DNA of 20,000 nt from Paramecium tetraurelia. Taxonomy: Eukaryota. Within the stretch, counting starts at the first letter, position 1. Each line of letters opens with the position of its first letter. Below, one piece after another: positions 13,865-20,000 of the stretch. A program made the position numbers and the translations under genes. Under the pieces are notes generated by a model that saw only the letters and a program-made list of their open reading frames with translations, ran no database searches and was not told where the DNA came from. The DNA lies in assembly GCA_000165425.1 (NCBI GenBank), contig CT868518.1, positions 426,586 to 446,585 of the forward strand. Direction: 5' to 3'.

Positions 13865-14099
13865 TAATAATAATAATTTATAATTAGTATGATAAAAATT
13901 TTTAATTCTTCTTAATTGTTGAATTTATTACCCCTTATAAAAACTTTAAGATATTGGAAGATTTCTTACTGTTTTTAGAACTAATAGATTCATTCTTAAA
14001 GTAAAGACTCAGAATGATTTAAAACAATAATGGCAAAATTGATTATATAGTATTTTTTGATATTGATAATTACATTTATAAATAACTTAAGCCTTAATA

Positions 14100-15629
14100 A
14101 TGTCAGATTTCATTTAATCAGAACTAAATAACTTTGATTAAAATTAATTGAGATATCACTCTTTCAATCTCAGATTATGCCTTTTAAAGGGTTTGTCTAA
14201 CTTACGAAAATTTTTCATATAATAAAATTCTCTAATAACAACCCATTGTTGTAACTAAATAATATCCAAGTATTCCAGTCATAATTTATTTTGGTGTAAA
14301 GGCTTCAATAATCTGATTCAATATTATATAATACTTTTAATATAATGCCAAAGTTTTGTATGTTGCATTTAATAATGATATATGTTAAGGAATAGGAACA
14401 ATATCATCGATGCCATAGCTCTTTAAAGCTTCAAGTATCATGAGGTTTTTCATAATAACTCATGTATGCTAAAAATAACTTTTTATTAATGTTTTAGAGA
14501 TAATTTTCAATTAATTTGCTGGTGATATATTCTTTCATCCAAAAACAGTATGTTGATTAAAAATGCATATGTTTGTTTGTGCTAGTAAAACAATTTAATA
14601 GATGAGTTGATTAGACAAACTTATCAATCATATTTTAGCTCTCTCTACAATTAACAAAGAATTTAAGAAATTCAATTAATTCGTCACAAAATTCGGTGCT
14701 TTTAATTAGTTGATCTTTATATTTAATACTTGAACATCATTGACCCTTATAGTCATTAATAGATTACATTTTCATAGTGCGTTATTCTTTTTTCTTCAGA
14801 ATCTGTGAATAAATCTCTAAACCAAACTTAAGGCCCAGTATAATTTATGATATAATTTAAAAATGTTTGTAAGATTAATCCACAAGGATGGTCAGTTACT
14901 TTAATTTATTAATTAATAGCTCCCATAACTTCTCTAAAGAATTTTTTTTCATTTATACCCGTCTTGTTTCTATCTTCAAAGATAGTATTGGCTTAATACT
15001 CAAAAATGTTAATTTTTGAAATTTCTGTATCTTCAAAATGATTTGAAATTTTGTTTTAATAAATCAAAGGATTTGTTTCGAATTTACGTATAATCATTCT
15101 TATGCTTATTGATCTTCAAAATTATTTAAATCTACATTATGCAATCTCTATTTTATAACATCTGATCATGCTTAATGTTTATATTGACTTCTATATAATT
15201 TTCTTAAGGTATAATTAATCCCAGAAAGTTATATCTCAACTATTTGAGTTTTTATTAAACCAAAACAATTACAAGAAGTAAAACAATACTTTATTTTGTT
15301 TTCATAAATAAATATGTTAGAATTTTCAACCTATGATGACTCAATCGTCTTTGTATGTTGGCCTGATGTAATAGAAAATATACTTAAAAATAATTTAGAA
15401 GAATCCTTTGTTTCACTTTATTATGACTTAATTCCCATATAAATAAAAATACTATTACATCTAAACAAAAATGATGATCCAAATGTATATGTTATACTAT
15501 AAATATTCTTAAATAAAAGTTAAGTTATGTCAATTATCGATTATTTATACTTATTGATATTGGATAGCCTTTATGACTCAATAAAATTAATTGTTAAATT
15601 TTGAAGATTGTATTAAAATGAACATTCAT
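14100..15629 (-). pseudogene. Heavily decayed gene remnant
   Basis: Protein-like segments in shifting frames (SKLFLSIFSITSGQHTKTIE; KDQLIKSTEFCDELIEFLKFFVN; FWMKEYITSKLIENYL) are interrupted by TGAs. Boundaries approximate. Confidence 0.4.
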
Positions 15630-15847
15630 ATTATTATTTAATTCTATTTGTTATTAAAATCCTGTTTCTAAACAATTACTAATATATATATATATATAAA
15701 TTAAATTTTAGAAAGTATATTGAAATTATTAAAACTATACATCGTGCCTTTGTAAGAAAAGGTAAGGAATAATTATAAAATGTTTACAAAAATTTTTTAA
15801 GGTTTTCAACTTACAGTTGATATTTTTATTTATATTTAAAATCTAAT

Positions 15848-17615
15848 TCATTCATAGCAGGCCTTATAAACTTGCATTTAAGAAGATTCTTTATTCCAAA
15901 TGACTATATATTTCTGATCATCTTAAATTGTTCCATAGCAGCTTGCTGCGTTGTTTACAATCACATCGCCATCTATATAAAAGGAATCATTTTTTGATTT
16001 TTTAATTCTATAAATATACTTATTTTAATTAAGAATTAAAGTTTGTGTTGAAGAATTATATTTTGAAGGGAAGAAACAATAGTCACTTCCAAATTCTGAA
16101 TCAACAAAGGGCTTTAATTTAATACTTAATTCAGGCTTATGCTAGAAAATTCCATTTTCAAATTTAAAAACCTGGGCTATTGGTTTTGAATTTTAACACC
16201 ATATAATCGTATCATCTGAACAAAAATTGATTCTCAGTCCATATTCATCTACATCTTGATTAATAATATATTTGAACTCCCATTTATTGTTCTCATTTTT
16301 ACTCCAGATTATTATAGATCTATCTTCACTGCAAGATACCATCTCAGTATCAGTTGAATTCAAAGATATCTAAAATACTTGATTTTTGTGTTTGTTTAGA
16401 GAATATTTATACTCAATTAAATTATCACCACTCTTAACACTCCAAATTTTAATTGAATGATCGCTACTCGAAGATAAGAGTTCATCTTCCTTTTCATTCA
16501 ATAGCAAACATAAGATTGAATTAGAATGCTATGTATACGCTTTTGAACCCTCCCAGCTATGAGAACTAAACCATGATTTTTTATTTCTATCAATCCAACA
16601 TCTAATTGAATTGTCCATTCCACCTGATAAAAACCAATCAATTTTCTTACTGAATATAATACAAAAAACAACGCTCTCATGCCCTTTTAGTAGAATTTTT
16701 TAATCAATCAAAATTCCATCTTTAAATTTCCATATTTTGATATCATTATTGCATGATGCAGCTATAAGAGAACCATCCCTATTAATTGCAATACCAGTAC
16801 AAATTTCCTTCTATTAAGTTGAACTAATTAATTTATAATTTATAGTCTCTGATTTTTCATTACTTTCCTCTTTAGCAATTACCCTTGATGAAATATTGGA
16901 TGCCAAATTTTCTGACTATTCATTACTATTTTTAGTAATTAAACTTTATGAATTGCTAGGCGTATATAAGAATTTATTCTCACTAATTAAAGATTGATTA
17001 CTTTCTTCTTGGGTATCAGGATTGACTTCTTCATTTTGGCTAATAATGTTATGAATCATGATTTAAGCCTATTCATCATTTAATAAGTCCTTTAAGAATT
17101 CGACATTTTGATGAGTTTTTTTTGAAAAAGTTGTTATTAAATTCTTTAATTTATACTATAAATTCTTTTTTCTCAATCGAAAACAAATATTAATTCGGAA
17201 TGTTAATTTTATCAATTTCTTCTAAAAGACTATAATAGGAAGATTTTTAATTTAATTCAAGCAATGTTTTTTTCTATAACTCCAAATGATTTAAGATTTG
17301 TTCAAATTTTTGTAAAACTAAGGATTTAGTATTTTCTAGATAATCTTGAAAAATTTTTATTGCATCAAGTTTACTGTTTATATATATTGTTTTCTCATGG
17401 AATAACTAATCCTTTAGTTCCTATATCTTTGTAATAGCTTCTTAATATGAAATACCATTGATTTTTCCTTTTATTGATATTAAACAATAAGGACACTTCA
17501 ATCTTTCGTTTTTTTTAATTCCTTCATCCAAATCAACCAAAATAATAGGTTAATCTTAATGATTATTTGAGCAACTCAAATTATGTTGTGACTCAATCAT
17601 TTAACATTATTGCAT
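15848..17615 (-). CDS. WD40-repeat protein with N-terminal Cys/His motif and coiled coil; one frameshift at the T8 run 17116-17123
   Basis: Intronless. N-terminus CSNNHQDQP...RLKCPYC. WD repeats LKGHESVVFCIIFSKKIDWFLSGGMDNSIRCW, QHSNSILCLLLNEKEDELLSSSSDHSIKIW, KHKNQVFQISLNSTDTEMVSCSEDRSIIIW. Span is 1768 nt (3n+1); removing one base from the homopolymer restores a 588-aa ORF. Confidence 0.85.
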
Positions 17616-18684
17616 TCTGTTTAAACAGATATTATTATAATTATTGTAATGCATTGATATATATCTAATTTATATTTCAGAAAACCTATTAAAATTTAAA
17701 AACATACAAATCTTTCAAAGTATTGTGTTGGATAATTATAAACCTCATTCAAAAAGCTTTATCTTAATATAATACAAAAGTCCTAAAGATAACATTCAAA
17801 ATTTATACATGCAACTAATGAAGTAAATAACTTTTCTAATTTGATTAGTATTTGATCACTCATTGCTTTACATCATATTTTTCAATATTTTTCATATATT
17901 TCACTATTTTATTTCTAAACAATTTAAAGCAATTTAGATAATGCTAACTCCTGAAATAATAATTAGAAATGGGACAGGAATTTAATATGAATTAGCATCT
18001 TGAAACTAGAAATTGTTGTTAAGTATTGTTTATCATAAGTAAGAAGCCGAATTTGATAATTATACTAGAGTAGACAATATTATTGTTTTTTAACTCAAGA
18101 ATATTTAGGTTTTTTATGAGCTCAATTTTTTATATGCGGCTCCGCTAATAAGAAATTTATATTTGCCATAGAATTTAACAATTTAAAGAAAATCAGCTTC
18201 ATTCAGTATAATAAGATGGATAAACTGTGTTCCAAATTTAATCATCTTTAAAAATTGAGATAAGGTTTACTTTATCACTTTCAATAAAATATGGATATAA
18301 GATTTTTCTAGATTAAGAGGGAAAAATTAAGAATTAAAGAATGAATTGATTTTCAAATTGTTTAATTTGGAAATTTAAATGAGAAGATTATTTCATTTAT
18401 AATTTGCTTCTATTATTTTAAATATATCAAAGCAATAATCTATTTAAATTTTTCTTAAATTCGACAACATAAAAGATTACATAAAGTCATCCACATATGC
18501 TTTTTATGATACATTTTCATCTTCTCAATCTAATTTTGAGGAACTTTATTAGTTTTGAAGTAGGTGTAGATTTCTTTTCCAAATCCTCATTTCTTCTCAA
18601 GCTATCTTACACATTTCATTATTTAATCGGTAGAGCCTTTTCTAAAAAGAGTGTTTAAATAATTAAATGCTTATTTCCAAAAAA

Positions 18685-18834
18685 NNNNNNNNNNNNNNNN
18701 NNNNNNNNNNNNNNNNNNNNNNNNNNNNNNNNNNNNNNNNNNNNNNNNNNNNNNNNNNNNNNNNNNNNNNNNNNNNNNNNNNNNNNNNNNNNNNNNNNNN
18801 NNNNNNNNNNNNNNNNNNNNNNNNNNNNNNNNNN
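18685..18834. other. Assembly gap (150 N)
   Basis: Run of N characters. Confidence 1.
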
Positions 18835-19858
18835 GATGATGATTAAAATTTTCGAGATCAGGCAAAAAAGAAAATGAATGAATATGAGCTTAATAATCTT
18901 TCGAAAATAATCACAATGAGAGATTCGTTTAAATCCATAATGTCTAGAACTTAGGAAATAATGTAATTTTTTTTTGGATAAGTTACAGAAGTAATAGATT
19001 CTATTCAAGAGAGAATTCTATCATAAAATATTCTATATAAGAATCTTGTCGGCGAGGCTAGTATTCTAAGGCTTAATCAAATTATGAAGACTTAGATATA
19101 TTAATATAAATTGTAGAAGGGGGAAAAACTAGATAATTGGACAGGCTTAGAAGGACTCCTTTTTGTGTTAATATGGGTAGGATATAGAAAAATCTGGAAT
19201 AAGGAATAAATATATTTTAGGAAAATTTCAAGAATTAATATGAGGAGTTGTCTAAGTAAAAATGAAATTAAAATTATAGGATTAAATTAGATCAACAGGA
19301 AAATATCCTTCTGAATGGAAAGATGATTTGTATGAGGTAATAGCTAAAGTAAAAGTAATTGATGAATAAATATATTCTGTGATTATCAAGATGCTATGTA
19401 AGGAGTAAAAGACAGATAGTATTGAATTTATTTAAGCATTTTGTGAAGAAAAATTTAATTAATAATGTTTTCTTGACGATGAATTATCATTCTAAAATTT
19501 AAACAATACATTTCAAAATATTCATTTTCTTGACTTTAATAAAAAAAATTACTATCAAGAAACTTGCATCGAATAGAGAAATATTTTAATTAATAAAATA
19601 TCTAAAGAAAAAAATATACTCCAATTCCTGAAATTTCTAGTTCATCTCACTTCTTTAGATGACTAATTCATTTAATGCGGATCAAATTCACTTAGTTTAT
19701 TAGTAGAGATGAAAGTTGATCTTAAGAACTAAAGTTTTTAGGGTATTAAGATTAAAAATACTTCTTTAATTGGAGCATACATTTTTAGATGCAATTTTAG
19801 TAAATCCGAATTTAATACGGTATTCATTAATGGAATAAAAATTTAAATGGTGTGTAGG
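18835..19858 (+). pseudogene. Frameshifted, truncated copy of a Paramecium-type pentapeptide-repeat (usually WD40-linked) family gene
   Basis: Segments YEDLDILIQIVEG, DDLYEVIAKVKVIDEQIYSVIIKML and QFLKFLVHLTSLDDQFIQCGSNSLSLLVEMKVDLKNQSFQGIKIKNTSLIGAYIFRCNFSKSEFNTVFING lie in different frames. Family assignment is from memory. Similarity stops near 19858 with no WD40 repeats following. Confidence 0.7.
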
Positions 19859-19967
19859 AATAATATTTTTAAAAATTTAAAATGTCAAGAAAAAGTTGCA
19901 ATTCCGGAGTCAAGAGAAGCGGCTCTTCCTAGGGTTTGTTTTTGGAAACAAGACCCCAAAGAAGCAG

Positions 19968-19996
19968 TTGGGGATTGGGTTTGGGTTTGGGTTGGG
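19968..19996 (+). repeat. Telomere-like G-rich repeats TTGGGG-ATTGGG-TTTGGG-TTTGGG-TTGGG
   Basis: Five G3-4 tracts resembling the Paramecium T2G4/T3G3 telomere mix, followed by non-repeat TCAT. Confidence 0.55.
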
Positions 19997-20000
19997 TCAT

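Noticed and set aside
15682..15698. (AT)n microsatellite
   Set aside because: Short and expected in very AT-rich intergenic DNA.
17941..18500. Coding-like stretch starting MLTPEIIIRNGTG on the plus strand
   Set aside because: Early TGA and no recognisable motif. It may be a remnant but is not supportable as a feature.
18655..19008. Two ORF-track entries containing poly-X
   Set aside because: They are open only because they cross the 150-N gap.

Overview
AT-rich, gene-dense eukaryotic DNA with the hallmarks of a ciliate macronuclear genome, most likely Paramecium. TAA/TAG read as Gln, TGA is the only stop, and the GT-AG introns are 20-28 nt. The supplied standard-code ORF track is therefore misleading, and all models below were re-translated by hand with the ciliate code. 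Left to right: the 3' part of a probable pseudokinase with a Gln-rich tail (+); a mitochondrial carrier (-); a decayed secreted/coiled-coil gene (+); a high-Mr thioredoxin-reductase-type flavoprotein (-); a FAM210/DUF1279-like small membrane protein (-); a 923-aa helical-repeat protein of unknown function (+); 12 nt later and in frame, a SAYSvFN (SAYSD1-like) protein fused to a SEC-C metal-binding motif (+); two small uncertain or frameshifted genes; a CDPK (-); a pseudogene; a WD40 gene with one homopolymer frameshift (-); a 150-N gap; a frameshifted pentapeptide-repeat family copy; and telomere-like G-rich repeats at the right edge. The most interesting items are the reductase, which lacks the C-terminal Cys/Sec arm and has a CPNVGC site and an acidic substrate pocket, and the SAYSvFN-SEC-C fusion with its in-frame upstream neighbour.
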